NCBI RefSeq assembly: GCF_036321535.1
Contig: NC_087436.1
Location: forward strand, 23,686,001 to 23,750,000
Length of the DNA: 64,000 nucleotides
Reading direction: 5' to 3'
Source: Camelus dromedarius
Lineage: Eukaryota
Part shown: positions 25,701-38,408 of the stretch, piece after piece
Layout of the letters: each line of letters opens with the position of its first letter
Numbering within the stretch: the stretch's first letter is position 1
The notes under the pieces: generated by a model
The model's database searches: none
Told to the model about the DNA's origin: nothing
What the model saw: only the letters and a program-made list of their open reading frames with translations
Made by a program: the position numbers and the translations under genes

Positions 25701-27044
25701 GGTTTTTAGTGTCTTTGCACAGAGTGCTCATGGTACCAAAAACATCTAGCGCTTCCCAGTGTGTCGCTCTCTGATTTTCTTCTCCACCATGTAGAATTTC
25801 TGAAGCATCCTGTGATCTTTATTAATCACACAGAGACTGTCATCTTCCCAGACTCCAGTGGAATGGCTAAGGTGCCCTCTGCAGAAGATATCGTGGCTAA
25901 TGTTCTCATTACTGACTAATTGGCTAAAGAGACTTCTCTCACATTGCATTTAGCCTGATTGATAGTTTTCTATCACCTGATGGGTGGAATGGACAGCCAA
26001 ACCAATTATCCCCGCACAGAGAGCCCCAGACAGCAGAGCAGCACTGCCTAAGACAAAAGGCCCTTGTAGATTATGTCCAGTCGGGGTGCCTGCTGAGGGT
26101 TGGTTAAACGACATGGTTTTCTGAAAAGTACAGTTTGACCTGCCTTGAGATACACGTGCCTTGGGTCACCCCTAGGCGTGCTGGGCCTTTGTCCAGTTGA
26201 AGGAGGGTGTGATTCTGTTTATGCTTCAAACCTGGATAGCTGGGATGCCTAGTTAGCTGTGAAGCTAGCCCTAGTTAGCCTTGTGCTGAGTGAAACTGGG
26301 CATCCTTTGTTCAGAACCGAAGCTGCATGCCCCCCATGAGTCATGTCACATGGAGACACACTGTACTTAGATGAGATCTTGTAGACGTAGGGCATTACTC
26401 AGATTCATTTCTGTATTCATTTTCTTTTTATGTTGCCCAGGCTGTTGAGAGGAAATAATATTCAGGTCACTTGCTTAGTCATTTAAATTGAGCCCATTTC
26501 TTTTTAGCTAATGCATTAATTTATTGAAATCTCTGTTTAAAGTGCAAACTCTGGCTTTAGAGCGGAAAGATAATCATGTGTTGAGGATTCACATGCAAAC
26601 CTTTGTAAGGAAACTTCTCTTTCACTTCCTAGTCCTTTTTTTTTAAAAGCAGAGGTTCAGAAGGCATTTATCCTTCACTGTAAACAGCCTTGATTTTTGA
26701 GATATTCTGGGAAAGAAAAATCAGGGTTCTTAGTGCTTCACTTTCCCGGTAATCTGCTGAATTGTGTTACAAAATCAGCAGCAGGGTAAGAGATGCCAGT
26801 GAAATAACACGATGGCTTCCATTTCCGTCGCCCCTCAAGAAGCAGGGCCACAGTGATGTCAGCTTATGCTTGGGATCCTTGGAACCTGTGACAATATTGG
26901 TCTGATATTCTTGTGGTTGAAGCCAGTTTCAGCCCGTGTTGGAATGTGGAATTGAGGAGCCCAGGAGAATGGCTGTAATTCCAGGGTGTATCTTTTTGTG
27001 CTCCTGGGTCTTGTCATCTTCCAGGTGTTTTCTTTGCTTTTTCC

Positions 27045-27415
27045 CTTTAAAACTGCATTACTGAGGCCTGACTGACATACTAAATGCTGTACGTATTTCA
27101 TACCTGCAGCTTGAGTTTGGTAATAAGAGTCCACCCATGAGACCATCACCACAATCAAGACCATAAACTTCTCCATCATCTCCAGAGCTTTCCTTTTGCC
27201 CCTTTTCAATTATTTTTTAAAAGATTGATTTTTTTTCCTTTTGTGGTAAGAACACTTAACATAAGAGCTACCCTCTTGCAAATTTACCTAAGTACACGAT
27301 TCAGCATTGTTCATTATAGGCCCTGTGTTGCATAGAAGTTCTCCAGAACTTACTTATCTTGCATATTGAAACTCTATAGCCTTTGACAAACCCCTCCCCA
27401 GCTCCTCTTCCCCAC
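27045..27415 (-). mobile_element. L1MA8-10-like 3' end
   Basis: accatcaccacaatcaag ... gtggtaagaacacttaacataagagctaccctctt ... ccagaacttacttatcttgcatattgaaact. Confidence 0.85.
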
Positions 27416-28369
27416 TTAGAGATGTTCTAAAATACACACCAAGAGTTTGATTCTTGAGATCAACTCTAGGGGACCCACTGTTGGGAAAACAAAGAAAAGA
27501 AAGCGTAATTTTATTTGTAACGTAACAACTTTTAAGTACATTGTTCTTGTACGACTTTAATCGAAATAGGAAGAAAAGACATTTCCCTTGAAGTGAGAAA
27601 AGACGGATCAGAGCACACTGTGTTTGAGGTAGGAAGCAGGATCCGTTCCTTCTCATCATCTCTGTTCCTTCTGCCCGAGGAGATCCTGCTCCTGTAGCTG
27701 TGCTGGGAGCTGGGGGCGCGCTGTGCAGTCTGCACCGAGCTGTGAAAGGGGTCGAGGCCGAGGTGCGGTCTAGCTCAGCACCCAACTTTAAACGGTCGTC
27801 GTGCGGCATGGCAGTGGCATGGCCATTCCTAGAGGGACAGGTTTGAAATTATTGTAGCTCTTTCATCCTCCGTGTGGTATCCCTGACGGTGCAGGTGCCG
27901 CCAGTAAATATGCACGTTCCTGCATGTTGGGTGACTGAGGTCTCTCCCTACATCCCTCTCCCAACTGCTGCTTCCACCTGCTGCCTATGAATCCAGAAAG
28001 GCAGTGGTGCATCCTGTGATGTGGTCAGCTGGTAGACCCTCCTCTTGCCTCACATGAGCATGTACTGTATCAGAATGGGCCTCAAATGCATGAGAGAAAC
28101 ACACACACTTGGTATTTAATGAACACTTTGGGTGGCAGGGTGTGTAAGCAGAAATACCATCAACAGCATAAGGCTGTGGGACAATGACAAGCCATTTAGA
28201 AAAGAAATATGTCCCGATCCTCACTTTCCTACGCGAGCCATTCCCTGTTGGAGATGTGCTTTGTTTCTCCTTTGAGTTCATCTTAATCCACTCTCGACTC
28301 TGCTGTTTGGTCTTCTATGAGCTCCTCAGTAAGAAATACAGCAGGGAAAAACTCTAAGAAAAAAGTAAA

Positions 28370-28665
28370 CAGCTTAGACATAGAAGACAAACTTATGGTT
28401 ACCAAAGGGGAAGGGGCTGATAAATTAGGAGTTTGGGATTAACAGATACACACTACTCTATACAAAATAGATAAACAACAAGGTCCTGCCATATAACACA
28501 AGGAACTACAGTCAATAACTTGCAATAACCTATAATGGAAAAGAATCTGAAAAAGGAGATATATATATATAAAACTGAATCACTTTGCTGTACACCTGAA
28601 ACTAACACAGCATTGTACATCAACTATCCTTCAATTAAAAATTAAAAATAAAATAAAAAATAAAA
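28370..28665 (+). mobile_element. Cetartiodactyl-type L1 3' end with A-rich tail
   Basis: aaacttatggttaccaaagggga ... gataaattaggagtttgggattaacagatacacactac ... gaatcactttgctgtacacctgaaactaacac. Confidence 0.9.
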
Positions 28666-29974
28666 GTGGTGAGAATAAGGGGGAAAACTAAACCAGCCAG
28701 TTCTGAAAGGAAGTAAACTTAAGATTTACCCCTCAGTGTTAGATGGAGCAATTTAGTGTTAGACTTTTTTGTTCAATTAGCATTTTAAGGGAGAGATTTC
28801 CATATATTTCCTAGAGGTAAGGACATGGTTTGTCTCTTAAGAGCTATATTTTAAAAGAAAGAGGCCAGGAATTTAAAATATATGTTTATATACTATATGG
28901 CTCAATTTAAATAAAGTTTAAAAACAGAAAAAAAAGAGCTCTATTTTATTAAGTGATGATTCCATTAATTGTGCTATTGGATAAAAAACGGGGAGAAAAA
29001 CCTGGGTTGTGAGTTCAAACATTAGTCTGAAAAGGACTGTATTGATTTCAGCCACTTGGAACATGAACATTCCATCCTTGAGGGTTTAACCTTAGATCTT
29101 CCTTGACTCAGATTGTTGAACAACTAAACACATTTTTGACCTTTGTCTGGTAAATTGCCTTCCAGTGGGGTTTGTGAACATTACTCTGCCTGCATCTACC
29201 CATGTGTGACCCCCACCAATGCATGATTTGGTTTGGTTAGATATCATTAGGTGAAATTTACTGGAATTAAAAAAGCAGGAGTCAAAAACAATCAAACAAG
29301 AGTAATGCCTTCTTTATTACTCCCCCTTCAAGTCCAAAGCAAAACAAAACTTTGCTTAGTTACTGAATAGTTGAATTTATAGATATATGAACACTGGACA
29401 GTAAAGCCTCAACAAATTACTAAGGGTTTACATTTTTTGGTAACCTACTCCATTTCTGTCAAAGTCAGATCACAACCAAACTATCATACATCAGATGTTC
29501 ATTTTTAAGGAATTGGCTTCCAGGGTGGGACAAGGGACCAGGCTGTATTCAGCTCCCTCTCCCATGAGGCCACTTGGTAAGCAGTAGGAGAGCCCGGCCA
29601 AGAGCATGGGGACTCCGCGTCCTCACCTTGCCTCCTTCAAGATGCCTGACTGCCTTCCCTTAAAGGATTCTTGTGAAAGGGACAGAAGCTTTTTGTAAAC
29701 ACTTGGGTGCCGTACCATGCGAGTGGTGTTGTTTTGTTGTTGTTATTATTATTATTAGTCCACACTGTGAGAAGTGTGTGTAGGGATGACTCTGAGACCC
29801 ATTGAAGATGATTAGGCATCAAAAAACAATTTGTTTATGTTTAGGCAGTTGTATTTCCAAAAGCTGGTAAGTCATTTAATGCATCTGACAAAGATTTTAA
29901 AATAAGAATTGAAGAAAGTTTTTAAAGTCTCATACCACTGCTTAACGCAGGCAAACTTCCTTTCATTTGATGAT

Positions 29975-30200
29975 CAGTGCCTTGCCAACACGTGACCATT
30001 TACACCGCTCTCACATATAAATGACTTCACCGTCTTGATGGCCCTATGTGACGGGCACTGTCCTCATACCCATTTTACACATACGGAAACTGAGACCTGG
30101 AGAGATGAGGGGACTTGTCTAAGATTGCAGAGCTGGTAAGTATCAGAGCGGTTTTGAATGCAGATACTCAGCGCTCTTCACCACTGCACCATCCTGCCTC
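29975..30200 (-). mobile_element. MIR SINE
   Basis: cccattttacacatacggaaactgagacctggagagatgaggggacttgtctaagattgcagagctggtaag. Confidence 0.8.
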
Positions 30201-30384
30201 ATGTATCTTCTGGCACAAAACAGATACCTAGAGAGCGTTTGGTGACTGATGATCGAATCCCACTAGAGACACAAGGTGCCCAGTCAGCCGTTCCATCTGA
30301 CTCTTGTTTCTCAGTATTCTACTCCTCAAAACCAGTAAAACCTTTCTTAACCCTGTCTTTCCAAGTTTTCACTTTTACTTACAC

Positions 30385-30835
30385 TTATTCATTCACTTAT
30401 TTATTCTTTTGATAACTCTTTTGACACACTCCTCAAAACTAATAATACAGAGACTGAGAAACAAAATAAAGTACTGCATGGCCCCATGCCTGTGGGGTTC
30501 TTGGTCAAAAGGGGGAGGCAGAATCATAAGCAGAGTAATTACGGTCCTCTAGAGAGAGAAGCAATAATAAGAGCGTGAGCAGGAGAGGGTGTCACAAGCT
30601 GTGTGGACAACTTGGGGAAGCCTTTGTGGGGCAGGTGGCATTTGGGCTGGACTTTAAAATATGTAGGAGTTTACAGGTGGAGAAATAAGGAAGAGCAGAG
30701 GGAACAGCATATGCTAAGGCAAGGAATCAGAAAATGGGAAGAAATTCAGAACAGCAGGGACAGCTGACGTGAGAGGTTTGGGTGAGGTTGGGAAGGGCTC
30801 CGTGTGCCATGGGTCTTAACGTCATCCTGCAGGTG
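30385..30835 (-). mobile_element. L2 fragment
   Basis: attcattcac ... ggtggcatttgggctggactttaaaatatgtaggagtt ... gcagagggaacagcatatgctaaggc. Confidence 0.7.
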
Positions 30836-30879
30836 AAACATTTGAAATGTCTCATGAATATGAGGCCCTGTAGACCTTT

Positions 30880-31126
30880 TCTAAATCAAAGTATAGTTGA
30901 TTTACAAGATTGTGTTAGTTTCAGGTATACAGCAAAGTGATACACATTTTCTTCAGATTATATTCCATTATAGGTTATTATAAAACATTGACTATAATTC
31001 CCTGTGCTATATAGTTGATCCTTGTTGCTTATCTATTTTATGTATGGTAGTTTGTATCTGGTAATCCTATACTCCTATTACGTCCCTCCTTCCCTCCCTC
31101 CCCGTTAGGTAACCAGAGGTTTGTTT
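30880..31126 (-). mobile_element. Cetartiodactyl-type L1 3' end with TSD
   Basis: aagtatagttgatttacaagattgtgttagtttcaggtatacagcaaagtgat...; flanked by cctgtagaccttt (30867-30879) and cctgtataccttt (31127-31139). Confidence 0.9.
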
Positions 31127-31407
31127 CCTGTATACCTTTGTTTACTCCACTGCATCTCCCAGTTCGGTCCTTTCCCATACTCTGCCTCCATCTCTTTTTC
31201 GAGGCTTGACTTCTTCCTGCTTTGCAAAGCCTTTCTGTCTCATCTAGTTCTGCATGAGCTCCTCCCTTTTCTAAATTCCTCCATTTTGTATTTGGAAACC
31301 CATTACTGCCTCTCCTTCGTGGTCATCTTTTCATGGGCTATGTCACTGCTACGGGGCAGAGAGAGCCAGGAAGGGCGAGGAAATGCAGCTGAGGTGTGTT
31401 TCTACAG

Positions 31408-31443
31408 AGCTCTCAGTGCCATGCCGCTCCGAGGCTGTGTTCG
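31408..31443 (+). other. Candidate short exon (36 nt) or end of a first exon
   Basis: gtgtgtttctacag acceptor ending 31407; TCG|GTGAGT donor at 31444; three CpGs and gccATG inside. Confidence 0.3.
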
Positions 31444-31819
31444 GTGAGTATTTTTAGGTCTACTGATTATGTGAAATCCATATGGGAGAACGGGTTCAGC
31501 TGGATCCTTCTGCTTCTATAGCTTTTCAGAAATTCAAACACCATTGAATGTTCTGAACACCTATTCACAGTTACAAGTTGGTGACCTCTTCTGGAGAATT
31601 CCACAGTTTTTTCCTTTCTATAACCTTTTGACCATGAGAGCTCAAAAGGACCTTGCAGGGGGAGCAACCAGTTCTATTCCCTCATTCTTTACAATGAGAG
31701 GTTTTTGTGTTTGTTTTCCAATGGCAGAAATGACACAAACTCATTGCAAGAAATCTTGAAATGTTTCCAAAAGTGAAAAGAAAGAATAAAAATTGGTCAT
31801 ATTCCTAGATCTCTAGTAG

Positions 31820-31960
31820 GTTTTCCTTCAAATACACTTTTAGAGATGACATTGACAGGTCAAAGAGTGTTCACATGTTGAAAGTCTTGTATCATGTGGC
31901 TAAATGCCCTCAGTAAGATTATACACGTTCACCCACCTGTACCAGCAATGTGTGTGTGTG
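31820..31960 (-). mobile_element. Old L1M fragment
   Basis: ggtcaaagagtgttcacatg ... ctaaatgccctcagtaagattatac ... ccagcaatgtgtg. Confidence 0.5.
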
Positions 31961-34900
31961 AGTCTGGTATTCTTATTTTTACGTGCTGTGCAGTAGAAAG
32001 TATTCTCAGATAACTAACAGTTTTTATAGTCAAAGGACTTTGAGCTTGCTTAGACTTGGTGAGGAACTGAACAGAGAAGTGAGATGATTTTAAATTTCTG
32101 GTTTAACTATAACTCATTAACAATTTCAGTCTCCTTGAGAAGAGAATAATGTCAAAATTTCAGTTTAGTCTGAAGTTTTCACTCAGATTAAACTCGCTCT
32201 GCATTCAGTGATAGAGGCTTAACCAATTCCAAGACAAGGTCATCTGTAGCCGTTTTGTCTGAATTTTATCACCAGCTGATAAAAGGGACATGTAACCTCT
32301 TTGAGTTTCCTTTGCCTTATCTTTTAAAATAAGTGGGTCAAACTAAATGATACCTAGACTATCTCCACGGATGATTCTAGAACCTAACTTGATATGGGTA
32401 CCCCTGGAGTTATGGGAGTGCTGTTTGGTGAGTGAGAAATGAGACCTGTCTAGTTAAAAACTGAAGCAAATCTGAGGCTGAGTTAGAGTTAGAATCCAAA
32501 GTTCCGCATTTTCATTGGACAGTTTTTTTTTAGTACTCACTACAGAAGGCCCTTGGCCAGTTGCCAAGGCTGAGACTAGTTCCCAGTTCGTTCCAGTTGC
32601 TGATACAGTTGCTTCCAGTAAGGCTTGGGAGTGGGGATAAAGTACGGCTGGAAATAGACCCGTAAGAGAGTCTGAACACAGTTCTGAGGGTGGAGAGATC
32701 ACATTCAATTGGGAGAGAAGGAAAATCCTTGTGAAAGAAGAAAATTTTCAGGTGCTGCATCTTGGCAAGTAAAGATGGTAGAAGGCAGTTGCAAAGAATC
32801 TTGTTATTTCCAAAATATGATGACTAATCCTATGAAAGATTAAAATTTATGGATAAAAGTTTCCATGCCGCTACTACAGGATTATTACAAAATTTAAGTT
32901 AGATTCCACTTCAACATTGTCATTCATTGAAAATCTTTGTATAACCCATATTGTGAAGCCTTTGCCAATGGATTACCTATTTGAATCCAAATTTAATATA
33001 ACACAGTTTCGGTGGAAAGCTTGTGACAGGCTCATAGGGTTTGTTGTCTATCCCCTAATAACTTTATAGTCCCCTCAAATACAGTTGCAAACTTCCTCAA
33101 AAGTTTGAACCAGTGTGAAACTTTTTGTTCTCTGCCGTTGTCTACAAGAAAGAAATGCCATAGTTCATTTTTAAATATTTATTCTTTCTACAATAATATT
33201 AGACACACACACAATCTCCGCTTTGACCCTCAGAGGACAGCTGAAGGTCCAGTGTTCTGATGATCTCATATGGACACACACCGGCTATATTTGCGGAATA
33301 AATATTTAAATCATAGAATGAGTAAGCACTGGAAGAATAACGGACACGTTCTCTTTGTTGTTAATCTCTTTGTGTTCCAACTTGTTTTAAACACCCAATT
33401 TTTAAATTTTCCCATGTAGTAGACCAGCTAGAATAATCCCAACTAGTGGCAGTGCTGAAGGAAAGGGTAAGAAGCCCAGTATCACTAGATCCTGCAGCTC
33501 TTTTCGGGTTGGATTCTAATCTGCACCGTCGCTGCCTAGCATGAGACAGCTGGAGCTGGAGGTTTTCAGACGATGTTCTATGCTGATGCTGTTACCAGCC
33601 TATGTAATTTCTGGGTTTCTCATTATCAAAGGTGGCAGCTGTAATCTCTGTTGAATGCTGCAGTACCCAGAGAGGTCATAATGATGATGATTTTACCATC
33701 CCTGGGGTTTAAACTGTCTTCTCTGTTATGAGGCTTGCTGAGTGGCAGGGGGTAACGTCAGAACTCCCCCCTCCTGAAGCACTTAGCTGGCAGTGTTGGC
33801 AGTGTGCATCTGTATCTCAGCTAGCTGGGAGACTAGGACCGAGAGCCAGAAAGGTGTGGCAGGGTGGGGGTAGCATTTCAGTGCCTGAGAGTTGAAGGGG
33901 AAGGAGCTGCCATGAGGTAAAGGAACCTCTGGTTTTAAGCAATACAGAAGCAAAAATGGATGGGAAAGAAAAAAAAAAAAAAAAAAAGGAGAAAAGGAGG
34001 ATGGGAGGATGTGAATGAAATAAGGCTGACATGCCTTGGAATAAGCTGTTCCAAGCTTGGCTCCTGTTTTTGACCAGTTAGTAAAAGCTGATTTCATCTT
34101 CCTGTGTCATGTCTCCCCTGCCCAACCCAACAATCTTATCCTCTGTATTTGTGTGGACAATTTAGGGCAGGCCCCTTGACAAAGCTGGTGTGTGTTATCC
34201 AGTGTCTTATGTGTGGTAGTTTATCAATAAGTGAGTGTAAATTTAAAATAGTTTAATCTGCTGTCTCCAGTTAAGCTGCCACTAAGCTACTAATGTGTGG
34301 TTGGTGTGGCATTTACAGACAAGAATGCAATTATCCTAAACATGGGAGGGAAGGGGTAGAGTGACCTGTGGACAGGATAAGTGCCAGAACTCATGGGAAG
34401 AAAGGAGTTGTAGGGGAAATAAGTTGGGGGCCACATGGGCACAGAGAAACCAGGATGGGCAAAGGGAAAGATGTGATGGGAAGAAAAGATCTGTATGGCA
34501 CTTTATTCATTCCTTCTTACTCATAGGAATGCTATATCCACTTCCAAATGAAATAAGTTGATTATGTAAGCAGCTCTCACTCAGACTGAGGGAAAAAAAT
34601 TCCACTTATTTTGTCTCCATCATCTTATTTTTGTCAAATCACGCAAAGAGTCCTCTTTAAACTGTCCACAATAACTTTAGTTAAAAATACAGATTTGGGA
34701 CCAGAAAATTTAGATTGATTAATTTGGTATAAATTTTAAAGAACATAATAAATTGGCACCTTTACTTATCTCAGTTTTGAAACAAAAATGTGCACATTTG
34801 CTGAGCTGATATAAAAAATGACATTTATGTAATAATTATGGGTGTCTTATTTCAGTCTTTTTAAAAGAAGCATGTAATTGAAGTGATAGATGTAATATTT

Positions 34901-36425
34901 GCAAATAGTATTACACTTACTAATATAGTTATAAGCCCTCTTTTTCTTTAGTTTGTGCTTTCTTTCTAGTTGGACTCTTTGATATGAATCTTTAAAAAAA
35001 TTTCTCTATTTAAAGAAAACGTATTTCTATGCTATCATACAAGGTGAAAATGACTTGGTAATTAATCTAGCGTAGCAATTAACAGCCACAAGTTCAGATA
35101 CCACACAAATAAGAAAGGGGTAAGGAGAGGGAATATCTAAAATCAAATATAAGCATGGATATTACCAAGAAAAGAAAGATAATTTAGTGTTTCTCTTGGT
35201 TTGTGATCTTTGAGGTATGATTGATTAATGAGGGAGATTATTAGTTGTCCTAATTGCAACACTGGTTTTGAAGAACGGGACCATTGCTGGAAGTGGTCAG
35301 GTCTGCTCTTCTGATGTGGGACTTGAACCAATAGGGCTCATCTCCCTTTTCCCCAGTTGAGTCGACTCTTTAGCTTCAGTGAGGAGAGAGCATCTGTCCA
35401 CGGGGGCAGGAGCAGTGGATCTGAGCAGTGTCTGACACGGGAGCTGGGTCTGTGCTTCTGCAGCCCTTCTTACCTTGTAAAATTGGGGCCGGGGCTGCAA
35501 TCAGGGTCAGTGGTTTCACCACAGAGGCCAGAGGTCATTGGGAAGACCAGAAGCAATATCCCAGTGACAATGACAGCTGTGCAGAAATGGGGGGGAAAAA
35601 TGGAGAAACCTGAGAGTAAATGAAGTCTGTGGGGAGGACTCTCACTAGAGAGCATGAATCATCAAAGAGGTTCCAGAGTTACAACCAAGAAGTATTTGTG
35701 GCGATCAGTGGTGCAGAGGGTAATAATACAAACATAATAAAGAAGAGAGAGGAAGGCACAACAGAGATAAAAGAGGCCTCGCATTAAATGAATAGGGAGA
35801 TAAGCTTAGTGATTATGCTCAAATGACTGAGTTCTTGATGGCAAAATGGCTGAGCTTCTGAACTGCTTCTTAAAACTGGCCTTTAAGAAAATAAATAAGG
35901 ATAATTAAACAGTAATGAAGACCTGTTTCATTAAAAAAAAAAAGAAGAAGAAAACAAATAAATAGGCAAGGTCTTGGATGATGTGTTAACCAGTGTTAAT
36001 GGAAGTAGTAATGAATTCATCAAAATATGGACACTCTCCTTTGGAAATCACAAAGAATAATGAGGGTGAGAGAGAGAGAGAGAGAGACTGACACTATCCA
36101 GTGTCCAAGAATGAATATCCAGTTGTTGGCAGAGATAACACAGATAATCAAAGCACAGATTCATTCTCATATCTTATTTTGGCCTCCTTTTTTCAGAATT
36201 CTTGCCCCCGGAACCTGTTTATCAGACCTTCCAATAAGACTCCAAACTTGGCTTTCTCTCTTCTTCCTACCCCATCTATGATCCAGTGTTGCTAATATAT
36301 AGTGAAAATAGTTTTAGAGAGCATTGCCCTGTATAATTCACAGAACAAGAGTCCCTGAATAATTCATTTCTAAATTAAATTAGTTTTAAACCTGTTCTAA
36401 GCATAGTACCTGCCCATAGTAAGCA

Positions 36426-36627
36426 CAGTCATCCCTCAGTATCCACCGGGCGTTGGTTCCAGGACCCGCTGGGGATACCCAAATCCGCAGATGCTCAAGT
36501 CCCACAGTCGACCCTTGTATCCACAGTTCAACAGTTACATATTATGTAGCACTGTATGAGTTATTGAAAAAAATCCACATGTCAGTGGACCTGTGCAGTT
36601 TCAACCATGTTGCTCAAGGGTCAGCTG
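36426..36627. mobile_element. Tigger2/MER8-like MITE inserted in an L2 3' tail
   Basis: cagtcatccctcagtatcc ... ttggttccaggaccc ... gatgctcaagtccc ... gaaaaaaatccac ... caagggtcagctg; CAG...CTG termini. Confidence 0.85.
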
Positions 36628-36746
36628 TTCCATAGGCAGTTGTAGAATAAATAAATGAATTAGGAAAACTGCATTGCTAACAAATAGAACCTTTGAGTGG
36701 GTAAATATATGAACATCTATCAGACATTAGAGCTATGAGCCACAGA

Positions 36747-37195
36747 CAGCATGGATTTATAAAACTTTTTATGTTAGATCAACTTAATTGATTTGGGGGG
36801 GAATCTGAGAACAAGTGGACAAAAAGAATGCAGTAGATATATTATTATTTCTAAATACATCCAGACGTGAATGGAAGAATTGATACCAGGTCTCATAAAA
36901 TTTGGTTTGGAAAAATGAATTCAAATTGACTTGGATGTGTCAAATTGATTGAAAATTGCCTGAAGGACTGAAAGTGTAATGATAAATGGCATTGCATGGA
37001 GTCTGGAGGAGGGTAGGAATCTGTTCGACGTGGTCTTACGGAAGATCTTCATTGATTATCCGAGGAAGGATGTAAACAGCACATTCATTAAACGTATAGA
37101 AGAGGCTAAATAGAGAGGAATTTTAAGTGCTGGGTAGGGTTGAGGACAATAAAAACTATAACCTGCTCAGGAACAGAATGATGCTAACAATTGAA
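36747..37195 (+). mobile_element. CR1/L3 LINE reverse-transcriptase fossil
   Basis: Colinear peptide remnants QHGF, VDKKNAVDII, IENCL, VMING, IFIDY..DVNSTFIK matching CR1 RT motif order; frameshifted, with stops. Confidence 0.75.
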
Positions 37196-37204
37196 CGGAA
37201 ATCA

Positions 37205-37300
37205 GTTAATGTTCTGGCAGTGTTTGCTCTCTGCTTAGCACAGTCCCTGGCACTGTTGAGGATTTAGAGATGAATTCAAGAGACTCAGCAGACAGATAAC
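37205..37300 (-). mobile_element. L2 3' fragment
   Basis: cacagtccctggcactgttgaggatttagagatgaattcaagagac. Confidence 0.45.
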
Positions 37301-37699
37301 GCAAACAACTGACTAGCGTGAGGGGGACTGAGGGAAGTGGAGGTACAACAAATTGCTGTAGGAGTGAGGAAGGATGATGAAATTCTAAACAGAACAGCCA
37401 GGACTGCAGATTCATGTTATTACACTGTAAGAAAAACAAGACAGCGAGACGCATTCAGGGGTAGTGACTAGGGTTAGGTCAAGGTTAACACCATGTGCAA
37501 CCAAGAAGCACCAAGCAGAGAGACATTTGTCTTCCAGCACATGGTACGAGCCACAGATTACAGAGTCAGGACATTCGGGCTCGTCTAGTGCAAACTCACC
37601 TCTCAATGGGACCTTTTTTTAATTATTCTTTTCTTTCTTGTGTTAAGGTAAATTACTAGATACTGTTCTTAATTTCATTTTTTTATTATGCTCTGAGGA

Positions 37700-38020
37700 T
37701 CAATTCTATGGAAATACGTATAATTATGTAAGAAAGTATTGCACGTAAAGATGTTCATTAGAATATTATTTATAATATTAAACCAGTGGCAACACCCTGA
37801 CATCTAGTAGTTGGGGAAAATTTAAGTTTCCTACCTCCAATTGACAGGATATTCTCCAGCCATTCATGGGTGCTTATGAAGAATTAGAACAGGAAAATGT
37901 TCATATTTTAATGTTACGTGAGAAAAGTAGGATGCAAAATTTACCATAGGGCTTAATTAAAAGCAAAAGGCTAGCGTATGCTTAGAAACAAAATACATCA
38001 GTGGTTATCTTTGTCACTGG
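37700..38020 (+). mobile_element. Old L1M(E-like) 3' fragment
   Basis: aagatgttcattagaatattatttataata ... tggcaacaccctgacatctagtagttgggga ... cagtggttatct. Confidence 0.6.
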
Positions 38021-38373
38021 GGTGAAAGAGGATGTTAGAAAATGTAGTATTTGTTGAGTCTGACCAACTAATTTGTTCAGAGTGTTTATTCCTGTCTCAA
38101 AAGGTTTTTATTTGTATTTTAATATGTTTTGATGGGCTTCTAGTAAAAGCACTTAGGGAAGGTATAGTGATGTAGCTATGTGTTTTTCCTTTGGGAAAGC
38201 AAAACTTGTTTCCTAATTATTGAAGGATATTCACTTACCTGAAGATGGATGTATAGTAAGCACACCTGGAATACCAAATGAAAATGTGGCTCACGGTCTT
38301 ATAATAAAGATGTAACCCAGTGGATGAAAGACAAGGATGTAGATTATAACCACCACGACAGAGGAAGGGCTGA

Positions 38374-38374
<1 letters not shown>

Positions 38375-38406
<32 letters not shown>
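38375..38406. repeat. (CA)16 microsatellite
   Basis: Directly visible. Confidence 0.97.

Positions 38407-38408
<2 letters not shown>

Noticed and set aside
33675..33746. C/D-box snoRNA candidate
   Set aside because: Short, weak mostly G-U terminal stem, no recognisable guide
38230..38245. Consensus minus-strand donor CAG|GTAAGT (also GAG|GTAAGT near 12500)
   Set aside because: No convincing partner acceptor or exon; isolated hits are expected by chance
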